A DNA stretch of 64,000 bases from Schmidtea polychroa (taxonomy: Eukaryota): contig CM097885.1 of assembly GCA_044892525.1 (NCBI GenBank), positions 43,960,001 to 44,024,000 of the forward strand, read 5' to 3'. Below the pieces are notes generated by a model, which saw nothing but the letters and a program-made list of their open reading frames with translations, did not search any database and was not told where the DNA came from. The translations under genes and the position numbers were made by a program. Of this stretch, positions 1 through 14,241 are shown one piece after another (the first letter of the stretch is position 1; each line of letters starts with the position of its first letter).

Positions 1-636
1 AACACTGCTTTGGTTTAACTGGTAACAATTATTTAAATTCAAAAATTCAAATGTTTCAATTCAAGTATGTCATGAGCTTTTAGCGAATTCACATTGCTTA
101 AGTTTTAAAAAAATAATATATTTCTAATAGAAATTTTCTATAATTGCTATTTCAGTTTAAAAGGTTTAAGTATACAAAACAATAGTGCAAAGTTTAAATT
201 CTTTTTATAATTGTGTCCGCAAAAAAGTTTTTTGCTTCTTCTTCCTTCTGCTTTTTGTAAGTTGTGTACAATATGATTAGATTTTCAATATGGTTAAATA
301 ATTAATATACAGTCTTTTGAAAATGAAAATATGCAATTTACACACTCTTTTAGTGAAGAATAGTGTTCTTGTCATATTATTAGTGTGTATTCATACATAG
401 GTCTAATATAAAGTAACAAGATTAGGCAGTTTTGATTTGAAAATTTACCGCATTCCAATAAAGAATATGTGGTCACTTTAATTATATTTATTTTCTCGAT
501 GATATTATTTAAACAAATATTCATTAAGAAATTATTTTAATTTGGTAATTCAACAAACATCATTAATAAACCGTAAACATTCATATATTCATTAATTAAT
601 CGCTTTTATTAAGATAAAAAATTATTATATTTTCAC

Positions 637-689
<53 letters not shown>
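637..689 (+). repeat. (AAT)n microsatellite
   Basis: Uninterrupted AAT tandem run read directly. Confidence 0.95.
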
Positions 690-691
<2 letters not shown>

Positions 692-887
692 TTTTAATTA
701 AATAATTACAATATTATCCATAGTTTATTTTTTTAACGCATTTTTAACGGCATATTGCAATATTTATACAATATATTAATGATATACAATTTAATTAAAT
801 ATTTTCACTGTCAAAAACACAAAAATAAAAAAAAGATTATTCAATTAATCAGTAGAGGAATTCTGATCAAAATGACAGTAATCACTG

Positions 888-889
<2 letters not shown>

Positions 890-972
<83 letters not shown>
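890..972. repeat. (TA)n microsatellite
   Basis: Pure TA run; source of the spurious IY-repeat ORF 755..991. Confidence 0.95.
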
Positions 973-979
<7 letters not shown>

Positions 980-1325
980 CGATTAGATTAATAGATATGT
1001 CACAAGGAAATCTTTATAGAAAATTTACATTTCGCAATTTTTATGGCCTAAAAAATTAAATAATTAGTAATTCATAATTTGAACTTCGAAGCTATATAAA
1101 ACTTTAAGCATTTCGAAAAAAATTTACTTATTGAATAACATGTAGCATAATTATGACAAGAATAAAAATACACCGGATACAAATCGGACACTTTTCCTCT
1201 TGACCCGAATGATATAATTTGTTGAGCGTGTAATTTCTATTGAGAAATTCATTAATTTTATTTATTTCATAACATTAATATTAAAAATCATTAAAGTAGA
1301 TGTAAAATGAAAAATCTGTGTTTAG

Positions 1326-1610
1326 GCAAGGTGTCCGTAAAGTCTGGACAGAGGGATAGAAATAAAACTTGTATTCAAATAACATCTCCAATATGATTTC
1401 TATCATTTACAATGTCAATGGATTTCGCAATGTTTTCGTGAACCTAATGCAATAAATTCACGTTGCCTTTAATTTTGCTACACTAACTCCTTATTTGTTG
1501 AGTTATAAGTGTTTCTGTTGATTATATCTTCAACTGGAATTTGCAGACATTTTAAAGGTTTGCTACGATATTTCATGAAATGCATATCTTTAGAAGTCGT
1601 GTTGAAATTC
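1326..1610 (-). mobile_element. Possible Tc1/mariner-type 3' end fragment
   Basis: CAAGGTGTCCGTAAAGTCTGGACA resembles a Tc1/mariner TIR; adjacent minus strand weakly resembles a transposase C-terminus; no partner TIR found. Confidence 0.3.
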
Positions 1611-1766
1611 ATTAAATTCTTAGATTTGTGTTTACTAGATTAAACTTGTCCATTGAAATTCGAACCAATTCGCCGACTGCTTCTTATTCTCTTTCTCAGT
1701 GAATTCCGATTGATATTATCTCCATTCAATTAGTCAATGATTGAATCACTAAAAAGATTTTTCATA

Positions 1767-4700
1767 TCACACTTCATTGATTTTATATTTATCGATTTTA
1801 GTTTTTCCATCTTCACCGGATATCACTTCAATTACCCTTTTCATTGGCCACTTTCCATACTCATTCTTTTTGAATAGCACCCGCACTGTTGACCTTGCTT
1901 GAACATCATCTTCTATCTTATTCCATTTTGCTCTTTGCCTCCAGCACGGAACCAACCTACAACCAATCAATCATCGCCAGAAGTTTTCAGTTAACTCCTG
2001 ACTTTGTTTCCATCGAAAAATTGTACTTAACAATCTTCACTTCTATATTTTCTACAGCTTTACACAAATGATTTGATGTTAGAACAGCATCTTGCTTGTT
2101 ATCTATTGCATAATGGCCGAGAATTTATCAACCTTTCAACCCTTGTCAAAACATTTCTCAATTCATCGCCTGTTACATATGCACTTATCAGTAAAGCATT
2201 CATTGCTCTCTTTGCCGATTTAATCATTGATTCAAAAACTCCACCGAAATGCGGAACTGATGGATTATATAAAATCCAACTGTATTGATGCTTCGACAAC
2301 TCTCTTTTTTATAGTTGTCGATTACGAAATTCTTTACTTTAGATGTGACCCTTATAAAATTTGTGCCATTGGTTGAAATCATCATTTTTGGCATTCCTAG
2401 CCTCATCGCAAACCTCATGAAAGCCCGAATGAACGAATCCGTATCCAACCCAAACACCATTTCAATATGTTCCGCCTTTGACTTTAAACATACGAATAGG
2501 CAGATATACTTTTTATTTTTCACCCTTCCTCTAACTACTTTAGTTTCAAACGGTCCTGAAAGTCTACTGCCGAGTGAACAAAAGCGTCATTATTTGACTG
2601 ATTCCTTTAGCTCTTCTTTTCCGGTCTCACATTGTCTGATCATCAATTTAGCCTTCAAAATCCAATATTTTTTGTTTAAAACACTCAAGATATGTTGCGT
2701 TCCTGCATAATAACTCAAACTTTCATGACAATCTTTATTATTAGTCATGTGACTTTTGTCAGATAAAATTATTGGATATTTTGTCTCCCATGATAAATTA
2801 TGCGGCTATTAATTCGTAATACTTTCATCTTATCTAAAACTGATGTCAACTTTAACAGAATGCTTCTGATGCTTATTCTTTCATTCTTGATAAGTCTTAC
2901 CAGGTCTTCAGAGAAACATTTTGCCTGCTATCCTTTAATCACATCGAGTTTTGTTTTTTAAAGTTCTACATTTGTCAGTTGACCTGTGCTTTTTTGGATT
3001 ATGTCATTCTGATGTTCAACTCTCACCAATCTCTGCCATGAAGAAAATGTTTCTACTTTGAAACAGTCCGTATTTCCTATTCGTATTTCTTCCTTTACAC
3101 TTGTCATCATTGTTATTTCCTTTTGCAACTCCTTCGTTTCACTTGATTGGTTTAACTCCGTTGATATACAATTTTTCATTGATTCTAGTAGAAACCTAGG
3201 TCCCTTCCACCACATGGTGCTTTTATCAAATCCAACGCCGCTACTCCTCTTGTAATCAAGTCCTCTGGATTTTCAGTCGTTGGAACATAAAGCCATTGCC
3301 CTGGTTTTGTCATTTTTTGAATAAACCTAATTCGATTGAATAATCTCGAATAATCTCGAATAATCTCGAATAATTTTGAATAATCTCGAATAATTTACGT
3401 CTTTACGTCTTTGCTATTGGACAAAAACCATACCTCACTAATCGGTTTGCCTAGTACTTCTGAAACCCGTCTTGCTAATTTAACCCCAATACTGGAATTG
3501 TAGCCATACTTTTTTCCGAGTTGGACAGCCATTTTCTAGGCCACATTCCAGCATTGCTCCAAACTTTTTCTTCCATCTCTTTTAGTCTCATTCCTTTTTC
3601 CTTAGAATCAACAGAGTCCATGATATCGTCCATATACATGGACTTACGAATATATTCTGTCACATGTGGAATCCACATTGTGAATAGTCTTTCTCAAATT
3701 TCTTGACATTCTCTTGCGCGACAATCTGGGTAAGGAACAGTGATGCGTAAAGGCGAAACTCTAACCGATTTAACTCATACTTAATAAGCTTTCCCTCGGT
3801 TGATCATAAGAAACGATGAAATTTCCTGTCTTCAGGAGCAATTATTACTTGCATATACATTTCTGCTATGTCACAAACAACAGCTACTGAAAATCTGCGA
3901 AAACGTATTAAAATATCGAAAACTTCATTTTGTAATTTTGGACCAACTTTTACCATATGGTTAAGTCCCACTCCATTACACCTGGCTGCTGCATCAAACA
4001 CAATACGCACTTTCATGGTATTCTTATATCTTCTAACTTAGAGAAAGTGTGGTAATATCCATTCCGAATCTCCATGCATTATTTTACTCTTTCATAATAC
4101 TTATATAATACTTTTTTATATAATCATTCAAAATATCCTGATACTCATTTCACAAATCTTTTTTTCTAATCTTTTAGCTAAACTTTACAACCGATTCTCT
4201 TCTATTCTATCAATATTGGGCAAGGATTTTGGTGACTCTTTCTATGACACTTTTACCTCGAAACGCTCGTCTATTTTTATCATCTCTGCCTTTTTTTCTC
4301 CTAAATCACCTGGTCTTTTGCTACAAACATATTTTCCTTTAGATCACTTTCGTCAATCTCCCAAAATCGTTCCATTTATCTTTTCAAACCAACGCAATTA
4401 CCAAAGAACGTTCTATTGAAATTGCTCTGATGATTCCAAGTTCTTCGCACTGAGGTTCTTTCAAAACATGTCCAACCGAGTGGGATTAAACGGGCAATCG
4501 GTTCATCCAACTTGCCATTGATTTCTTTAAGTGCTCGTTGAAGCATCAGATAATCATCCCCAATTAAAACCTCAACATAGTCTTTCGTCTAGCATTGGAA
4601 AATGGATGTCCTTAAGATAAGTTCACTTATATTTTTCTATCGCCCAATTTATAACTCTCATTTCTCCGTGATATTTCTTACTGCTAGTGCGTTGAAGTTC

Positions 4701-5880
4701 TTAATCAATCGGCCGTCGTTACTAATTAACTTCATGGTCACTGGTTTAGCCATCATTTGTTACACATTACCGCCGATAACTCTTATCGGTGTCTTCCTTT
4801 CAACGCCTTTTAATCCCAGTTCATTTTAAATTCATAGATTGATGTAGCATACTGAGCTTGCATAATCTAACAGTGCGTTAACCTTTATTTTCTTATTCGC
4901 ATTTTCCAGGAAGATTGGGGTTGTCTTTAAACTAAGGTGAGGTCTTAGGTTTTTCTCGTTCATCCCTTTCTGGGTCAATCCTCAATTTGTTGTCTTTCGT
5001 GTAATAATCCATTGTGTCTTTCATTACATTCAGTAACCTTGCAGAAATAATTTTTACGACAATCCTTGCCCACATGACATTTTTTCATTTTTGTTTTCCT
5101 TTGCTTGATTTTGGTCTAGGTAATGTTGACCATCACATTGTGCACACTCTAATCTATAGATGTTAGAGTTATTTCCATCTATGAATGTTTTACTTTTAAT
5201 TCTGTCATCTGGTTTCCTCGTAAAATGCGTCGACCTTGATTAGAGCTTTTTCTTCTTCTAGAAATACCTTTCACTCTTGGTCAATCACATACGTCCTGAT
5301 ATTTGGTTGAGTCTCATACACGACTTCGTTTGTGGATATTAGGATCTCCGCTTCTTGTTGTATCCATCTTCTCAATTCCTCTATCGTCTGACACAATTCC
5401 TTTTCCATTTTGTCTTTCTTCCATTTATAAATCAGATTTGTGGTTGACTTTCCCAAATATTTTTGAAAAAGACATCCAGTCTTCAACTTGAATTCTTTCC
5501 CAGTGGATTTAAAGTGAACAGTGACCGTTTCCAATAGCCAATAGACAAACAACTTTAAATTCTTCGGATCTCCTTCTCAAATTGGCCTGAACTTGTCCAT
5601 ATCCTCTAACATTGACAGGTATATCCTTTCATCCCCATCATATCACCTATTCAACTTTTTTTAGCCATTTGATAGGCCTCTCACTTTAAGAGCGAGTAAA
5701 AGCTCCATTACCGTCCTCGCAAATATCTGAAAAAAGTGCTGGGGTCCATAGCAACCCTCTTTAATTTCCCTCGATAAACTGGGTACCAAAAGCGCCCATC
5801 TCGTGGCACTTAAACAAATGAGACCCTTCCCCACGATCGAAACCTTTTTCCTTTGAGGCAATGTATAACTCTTCTCCCAA
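1767..5880 (-). mobile_element. Decayed BEL/Pao LTR retrotransposon gag-pol (pseudogenised)
   Basis: Domains in BEL order on the minus strand: gag-like 5270-5880, Cys/His knuckle CHVGKDCRK..CKVTECNERHNGLLH (~5000-5085), protease KVNALLDYAS (~4850-4900), RT KVRIVFDAAA/GPKLQ/CDIAEMYMQV/YMDD (3475-4016), Pao RNase H MWWKGPRFL (~3200), integrase YICLFVCL..FIRAFMRF..NGTNF..PHFGGVFES..LINSRPL (2100-2520); many stops and frameshifts. Confidence 0.92.
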
Positions 5881-6678
5881 ACTTCATAAAATTATAGCAC
5901 CTTAAAAAGACACCCGCTAAGCTAATTCTAAAAATCGGGGAGAGAGGGTGGTCAAAACTGATTTAAAATGCCTTAAATTAATTAAAATACTTCTAAATAA
6001 AAAATTAATAATAATATGCAACAATGTAAATGTGTGCTCAACCAAACAGAAAACATTTAATCAATAAAAAAAAATTAAAAAAATAAAAAGAAATCTACAA
6101 ATGATAGCAAACAAGAAATCTCGATAAAAGATTGGATATATTACATGGATCCAGATATTTTACCTCAATATACTTTGGAAATGCAAGTATTGTGTTATGA
6201 GCCCGTAACACCAAAGTTAGAATGCCACCCACTTCTCTAAAACATATATTAATTGAAAGAATTTAGCCCCCTGCTACCTATTCCTCTAAAATAAATTTTC
6301 ATTTTTGGTTTCACACTAATTTTTTCGTATAATTCGAAAATTTATAGGTCATTCGATTAAACAAAAACCCTTTACAAATTGCTTTTAATGATTTACAAAA
6401 TAAAAAAAATTAATAAATAAATAACATTTTTTTAAAAAACAATTAATAAATTTTTATTCCAATCATCTTTTTTACGTCATTTATATATTCCCAATTTGTT
6501 CTAACTCGGTCTGCAATCAATGTATTCATTTTTTTTCTTTATAGTAATCTTGATAACACAAACAATTGTAATTTCTTTAAAGAATAAACTTTATTACATT
6601 TGTATAATCCAGGGTTTACCAAACTTTTTCAGCGACGGAACACTTAGCTTATTTTTTAGCTTGGGTAATTCATAATAG

Positions 6679-7344
6679 TGTTGGGGTCAGGAAAAGCATA
6701 ATAAAAATAAGCATAACAAATAATGGTGAAAACAATAAAAGTGCAAAATTAATTAAAATTTATTAAAATTCAAATATCAATATTGAACGGATATTGGGTA
6801 TGGTTGAACGCCAAATTGATAGACGTATTCAGAAATTGTAATGAAAATTTAATAAGGTGTTCACAGGGAAAGTTATTGCGAATAAACAATTAATTAAAAT
6901 TAATTAATCGGTAATGGAAAACCTGAGCCAATGGGAAGCTCGAGCCCATGGGAAACCCGATGCGCAGTGAGACCGAATATTTTGAACCCTATTAAAGGGT
7001 TAACAAATTAGAATAAACAAAAAACTCTAAAATATTGATTTAGGATTCCCGGGAAAATAATTAAGCGCAATTTTCTTGATAATTGGCTTCTCATAAACAG
7101 TATAAAAAGACAGCTCAGAAGTGAACAAGCTGCCATTTGGTTGAAGAGAAAAAGAAAGAAGAGAAGCAGAAATCCAGTGATCAGTGATCGGTTGGAAAAG
7201 TATCTGGAGAGAAAGGTGCAAATAGTGACAGTGTAATTGTGATAAAGATTGAATAAAACTATTCTGTGTTGGGTTTCATTTATTTGACTGAATAAGAACA
7301 CGAGGAGTCAGAAAGAGGACCGACTTGCAAATAAAAACCAAACA
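6679..7344 (+). mobile_element. Solo LTR (Gypsy-type, 4-bp TSD) nested in the hAT
   Basis: Termini TGTTGGGG...CCAAACA, TSD ATAG on both sides; internal GAGCCAATGGGAA-like repeats shared (inverted) with 29551-30529; AATAAA near the 3' end. Confidence 0.75.
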
Positions 7345-7466
7345 ATAGTATAAATAAGAATAAAAAATGTTATTAAAGAAATAAAATAGTATAAATAAAA
7401 AAAAATTGTGTTATTAAAGAAATATCATTTATTTAATAAACATAAAAATACAAATAAATAAAATTC

Positions 7467-8890
7467 CTAATGACTTTGATGATTTTTGGTTCTTAAATGA
7501 AAATTTTATTTTATATCAGGAACAACATTGGTCAGTTGTATTCTCATATCTGCCGTAGTGTGGAGTCTATTTTTGCATTTTGTTTTTGTTGCAAAATATT
7601 TAGAAAATCCCACTTCACATAAATATGTCGTGGAAAACGGAAGTAAAAAACCACAGCTTCTTTTGAGACATTGGAGAACTCTTCAGTCAGATATCATTTA
7701 ATGGCTAATCTTTAAATTTTTCTTTCAAATCAGAGTCATTAATTAAGTCAATCAAATGATCATAATCCGTTGAGCTTAAGCCCACTGGTTTAACTGTCAC
7801 GAAAAATGGATTCTGAACCTAGGAATCGTCCTTACTTGTTTTCGGAAAATATTCCGAAATAGCTGTTTTCAAGTTATATAGGTGTTCTAAAAATACTTTT
7901 GAAATTTCTTGTTCAACTTAAAAATTCAATGCATTTAAACATTCATCTAAGACAGGAAAACAATCAAAATTATTAGACTCAACTGACGAAATCCAAAATT
8001 GTATTTTTCTATCAAAAGATTCAATTTTATCTCTCATATTAAAAATTGTAACACTTTTTCCTTGTAATGATAAGCTAACATCATTGCATTTTGAAAATAT
8101 ATTCGCCAGATTTGCAAGATGTATCAACCAGGAAGGATTTGTTAAAAATTTGATAAAATGATGCTGCAAATCATTCTTATTCATTTCGAAGTTCATAAAG
8201 TCTTAATAGTGCTTTTCCTCTTAGCATCTTACTTCAGTATGTAATATATGTGCTTTATGTTCACTCCAGATTTCATCGCACAAAATTTTAAATAATCTGG
8301 ATTGAAGTGCCCTAGATTTTACATAATTTATTATTTTCACGGCTTCATCCATAACATTTTTTAAATTTATCGGAATTTTTTTAGTCAACAGTGCATGTCT
8401 ATGCAAAATACAGTGACTGCTAGTAGCTCTTGTAGCTACTTTTAAGACATGTGATACAACACCTTTCATTTTTCCTACCATTGCACGAGCACCATCTGTA
8501 CAAATATCAATACACTTTTCCCAGCCTATCTCTTGTTTTGTAATGTATTCATTAATACATGACACCATATCTTTCGCACATGGCTTAATGATCGTCTCTT
8601 CGATTGTATGAGCTTCACTATTAATTACAATACGATAACTCACTCGATAAGACGCTTCTGTTGCATTTTCATTTTCATTTTTGGTCATTGTAATCATTTG
8701 AAATTTGGACTTTTATAGTGAGTTACGTTGTCTCTTAAAAAATCTTTTCCTTTGTAATCAGAGTGTGTCGTTTCGAAGTGTCTGTGAAGTTTAGCTGAAG
8801 CTAAAGAACTGTTTGCGAGTATTTTTTACACAAAACACACATTGCATCAGGAGCATCTGAATTGCCAATATACGTAAATCCAAAAACATG
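7467..8890 (-). pseudogene. hAT transposase remnant
   Basis: BED finger MCVLCKKILAN..LHRHFETTH, ICTDGARAM, HCILHR, HTEVR, C-terminal STTYLCEVGFS; the QLDESTD segment is deleted; frameshifts and stops. Confidence 0.9.
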
Positions 8891-9995
8891 AAAAATAAAA
8901 ACGCCTGAAAAATTGTCCGCAATAACCTTTTGTAAATTTGGCAGATTGGATCCCAAGATTTAAAAATCTTGTATAAAAATCACGTACAAATAAATTTATG
9001 TGAATTAATTGTGTGAAAAAAAGTGAATCAAAAGTGAATTAAAAGTGAATCACATAAATAAAATTCACATAATGAGAACTAATATCGTGTTATTAATTGC
9101 ACCAAAAAGATTTTTTTTTAAGTTAAAAAAATGTCGACTTATGAAGCATTTCCCTCCAGAATTTATATACATATTGAATATTGAAAACATACATAAATAC
9201 GTTTGTCATAATTTATGTATATACCTAAAGTCCAACAACCGCCTGTGAATGGTGTAGTGAACGTCTATGGGATGATAGCGGTTGGTTTAGTTAGCTATAA
9301 AGATGTTGACGGTGGTGTGAGTTGTGCCTCTGGACGGGATTGCGTGAGGTTGGCTCCCGCGCGATGTGTAAACACGAAAAAGCGAACTGTCCTTTCGCGT
9401 ACCGAAGATCATACTTACTTCAGTGAATCAGGTAAAAACAATCCCAGCTACCACATCTCTTTCATACGCATAGGATGAGATATAGTCTTTCTCCCTCATT
9501 AAAAAATATTGGCATTTGTTTAAGACTTTTATTGCTGCACCCAACTTTTAGGTACTAAAAATCTTCGCCTGCTTTGGACGTCATAAAACTCAATGAAGTT
9601 AACCGTCGCTCGTCTCTCTTTATGAAGTAAAATATGTTCAATTTTCTAAATTTAATCCAAATTTGCGAAATATCTATTTAGGCTCCGCGGAACACTTATT
9701 TTGGATCCGCGAAACATAGTTTGGGAAACCCTGGTATAATCTATTGAATCGTGCTTTTAAATCAAGTCTTAAATATTAATTCCAACCAATTCATTTATTT
9801 TATTAATATAAACTTCAGATGCACAGTAGTTTAAAGCAGTCTTTAAATTCGAATACTATTCTTCACCTTTATTTATCAAATTCTCAAAATATTCTTCTAA
9901 AATTAAAATTAATACTTTATAATAAAAATATCATTTTTTATTTTTACTACTATAAATTAAACAACTCTAATATTTATATAATTTTTAAATATTAA

Positions 9996-11044
9996 CCCTT
10001 TGAGACCGAGCGATGTATATATGAGGAAGTTAAAAGATTCTTAAAGATTAATTAGAAATTTGGTAAAAATTTTAAATATATTTTTATTGAAAAATATTTT
10101 AAAAAGAAGAAATTTATCAATTCTAAATAATATTTTTATCAAAGAAATATTTTAAGAAAATCTGAAATTTGTTTAAATAACAAAAATAAGATCAGACAAG
10201 TTTTTTTGAGATATCTTTTATTAAATAAAATTTATGGAATTATTTAATGATTTGAAAACGGATGAGAATCCTAATAGTATATATACGTTTTTGGATTTTT
10301 CATTAAACGTTTGAGTTTAAATAAAGTAAAAACCCCTTTTTAGTATTTTAACATTAAAATATTGTGTGTGTTCCTGAATCTTTATTGCATACCACTCACT
10401 TCGAAATTTTTAATTGATCAAATATTTATAAAATAAATCAAGAAATGATATTTCAAAATTAAAAAAAATTGACGAAAAAGCTATTAATTTAATTCAAATT
10501 TTACTACTTCATCAACTAAAGATTGATAACCTAAATAACAATTCCAGTAAAATATACGTTTAAAGTTTGTTAGAATGATATAGTACATAGAGTATATGGT
10601 AATTTATGTTGTATTTTATCATGCGTTATTTCTATATAGACCATATTAATCTAAAAAATACTTAGATAAATGTATAATTTACAATGAAGATCATAAGATC
10701 TAAGTTTTGATAAAACAATTATCCTAGCGAAATACCAAGGGATAAAAGTTTTAAGGGGTGTTTCAGGGGGGTAAAAGGTTTTTAGTATATCGTGATATAT
10801 GGTGTTGTGCGGCAAATTCGCTTTGATGCTACGGACTCACAACATACTACTAAAACATACTACCATATAAAACTGGATAAAAGTCTCAAGAAAGTACAGC
10901 TTTTTTAACAAAACTATAGTTGGACATTATAATGTACTGATAAAAGTGCTAGAAAATATCTCAAGGCTCACACTAAGTTATATATAAAATTATTGTTTAG
11001 TGTCAAAATTGGGTTGACAGAAATCCGAATTTGTGGATCAATGG
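9996..11044. mobile_element. Possible piggyBac-like relic
   Basis: TTAA-CCCTTTGAG left end and GG-TTAA right end with only weak TIR match; faint transposase-like words (YGVVRQIR, FNKTIVG). Confidence 0.3.
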
Positions 11045-11468
11045 TTAATAAATGAAATTGTAAACTAAAAATTATATAAAGTTGATCAATCTTCGATGTA
11101 ATTAAAAATTTCATTAAAAATTATTACATCACATGTCTACTTTTCATCAATCTTAAAAATCAACTTTATGCCATATAATAATAATTTTCAAAATTAAAAA
11201 TTCTATGGATTGTCGAGAGAAAATTGACATTCATCCATAAATATTCTTTAACTAATATATTTTTATAATTTCAATTTCTTATCTTTATTTTAATCAATTT
11301 TTAATTTTTTAGACTTAATTCTGTTCGTTTGATTTCTAAAGATGTTAGGATATTTTGATAAATTCTGAGTTTCGGTTAAAATTTTACTTTTTAAATTTGT
11401 AATAATTAAATTTTCACAAGTCATTTCAAATCATATGTTATATCATCATTAATTTGAAGGGTATCCAC

Positions 11469-11664
11469 CAATAGAGGCGCGGCATAAACGGCGCGGACAA
11501 CAAATGGGCAGATAAATCTATATCAAATCGTGAATCGGGTATTTATAACTAGATTCTAAAAAGGGCATATAGTGATTAAAAAAAGATATATTGACTAGCT
11601 GGAGATATTTCATTTTTTACCTGGGTATTTATTGTTCGTGCCGTTTTTGGCGTGTCTTTATTGA
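11469..11664. mobile_element. Small MITE with imperfect GC-rich TIRs
   Basis: CAATAGAGGCGCGGCATAAACGGCGCGGACAACAAAT mirrored by ATTTATTGTTCGTGCCGTTTTTGGCGTGTCTTTATTG. Confidence 0.5.
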
Positions 11665-12153
11665 ATTAAAACAATCTTAAGTAACTAAACAAATTTTTAG
11701 AGAAAATAATTTTAATATTATCAAACGAAACTGTGTTTTAAATTTAATAAACACAAATTTCGAGAAATTATTTGAAATAAACTTTTTAATTTGTTGTAAG
11801 AATTATCGTTTTACGTTTTAATAATTTTAATCTTTAACAAACTTATCTTTTCTCAATGCACTTTTAAAATTTCGCTTTGATTTTTCTAATAATTAATTAT
11901 TTTTTTTAAATTATAACATTTTATATCCTCATACTGAAGAAAATGAATATTGACATCTTATTTTCTATTTATGGGTTTAAACGATGATGATTTTTCTTGA
12001 AATTTAATTAACATCACAAAAATACTTTTATTGGATTTTTATTTGAATTTTCTTTCATCTTATATTTTCTTTTAGAGAACACTTTTATTTCTGGGCAGTT
12101 TTATTTGAACAGCTTAAATGAGCTTTTTTTTCAATATGCTGAAATATATATTG

Positions 12154-12263
<110 letters not shown>

Positions 12264-12940
12264 CAAAATAATATTTCGTTTCATTTAAAATTGACCTTGC
12301 GTTGAGAATAATAAAGAATATTTTATCTTTTGTCAAAATAAAAATTAATTAAATTTAGATTTTTGTCAAATTTCACTTTTCATTTTTCTTTTACCATATA
12401 ACATACAATGACATATTACTATTTTAAAATATAATCTTTTCAAAATGTGTAATTAAAAAGATTAAGTCAAAATAACAATGCAGAAAAATAATAATAAAAC
12501 TTCCTTAACATTTGATATTATAAGTCTCAATATATTTTAGAAGTCATTAGTTTTGAATATTTATTTGATGAAATGCAAACGGAAACTAACGACTGAAGCC
12601 CTATTTATTAAACTTTTAAATTTTACTATATAAAAAAGATTGAAAACTTAATTTAGTATTATTAGTACTAAGCAGACAAATGTGTACACTGATCGATATG
12701 AAAAATGTAACATGAATGTGATGTACAAATTGCCTACTCAGCAGCGTCTATTTGATACAAATCAATCATACACATGAGTTTTAACTTTCTCTAATTGCTC
12801 ACAAATATCTCCATATCATTTACATTGAGGTCAGAATGACATGGTTAGATAATTGCTCTAGATAATTGCTTAGATAATTATTAAATTATTATAAGAACTT
12901 TTATTTCTTCCAATTTCACAACTGATTATTTTATCCATTG

Positions 12941-13028
12941 AATTAAAAAGAGAGTTTGAAGACTATAAATCAGACTATAAATCAGTAATATATTACTGAT
13001 TTATAGTCTTCAAACTCTCTTTTTAATT
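12941..13028. repeat. Perfect fold-back palindrome with an internal 12-bp tandem duplication
   Basis: AATTAAAAAGAGAGTTTGAAGACTATAAATCAG[ACTATAAATCAG]TAATA|TATTACTGATTTATAGTCTTCAAACTCTCTTTTTAATT; a single arm recurs at 39168-39208 between AAT runs. Confidence 0.9.
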
Positions 13029-14168
13029 AATTATTAAATACAAAGATCTTATTAGTTCGATTTGAAGAAATAATTTCTGACCAAACTGACTCAATTCTAG
13101 CTTTATTGATATATCGCTATAAAATGTCTAGTTAAAGTAAATATTTACAAATTTTGTTATGTAAAGAAACGAGGACTCGTTTGGCTATATGATATTGAGT
13201 TAGAAAGACAATGTTAATTAAATCTTTTCAAGTAGCAATGATTATTTTGAATTTTACTTTTCAAATATGTTAATCAAAGCTAAAAAACAAAAATGAATGG
13301 CTTTTATGATGATTAGAAATGTTTCATAATTTAGAAAATCGTCGTAATTAAGATTTCTTTGAAATAAATTAGTTTTTTCAGATTTTATATTATAATAAGT
13401 TGGAGGCTACTTTTGTAAATGGTAAAAAGAATTAATAATTAAGAATTAAGAATTAACCTTCATGGACCATAGTTTGAGAATCTAAGATGTATCATAATAG
13501 TGTTATTTTGCTCACTCTCATTTCACCACTGTCACACTGTGCTACTTAGGATCTTTCTTGAATAGTTCATAATATTTAGAAAATATGATAGTTTTTCTTT
13601 TATTTTAAATTATAATTATGAAGACTAATTGAAATTATGATATTTTTTTAATTATAGCATTTCAAAAATGTTTTCAAGAATAATTTTGAGGTGCGTAAAT
13701 TAACAAAAATTGATAATGATTCTTGGTAAAATAACAAAAAATTGAACAAAATATGGAAAAATCGTACATGTTTAAATAAAATCGATATCCGGTTTAATTA
13801 TAGTCAATAAAATTGATTTTCTTTGATGAAAAAGAAGATATATATTTCATTTTCATATTTCATATATATTTATATATTTATTTGTTTGTTTAAATGAAAT
13901 GTAAAATAAATGTATCTTTTGTCAGTGAAAATTTAGACAAAGAAATTTTTAATTTTTAAACTTTTTTTGAATAGATTTCTATTCAAATTTTTTAAATAAT
14001 TTTGAAACGAGCAAACAATAATTGAATTTCCAGTTTTTAATTAACTATTTTAATTGTTTCCCGCATGTTTGTATTTAAAATAAAATCTAATCAAGTGGAA
14101 AATAAATAATAGAAATTCAAGTGGTGTTAGCTAAATTTAATTTTCATTGGTACTGAATTACTAAAAAA

Positions 14169-14240
<72 letters not shown>
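14169..14240 (+). repeat. (ATT)n microsatellite
   Basis: Read directly. Confidence 0.95.

Positions 14241-14241
<1 letters not shown>

Larger units (their letters stand above)
6610..9733 (-). mobile_element. hAT (Buster/ZBED5-like) DNA transposon, internally deleted
   Basis: TIRs CAGGGTTTACCAAACT / AGTTTGGGAAACCCTG; perfect 8-bp TSD GTATAATC at 6602-6609 and 9734-9741. Confidence 0.95.

Noticed and set aside
1620..1766. Possible 3' LTR of the BEL element
   Set aside because: No second LTR, TSD or clear polypurine tract identified
9215..9478. GC-richer 87-aa ORF
   Set aside because: Lies in the 5' subterminal region of the hAT, antisense to the transposase; no recognisable domain
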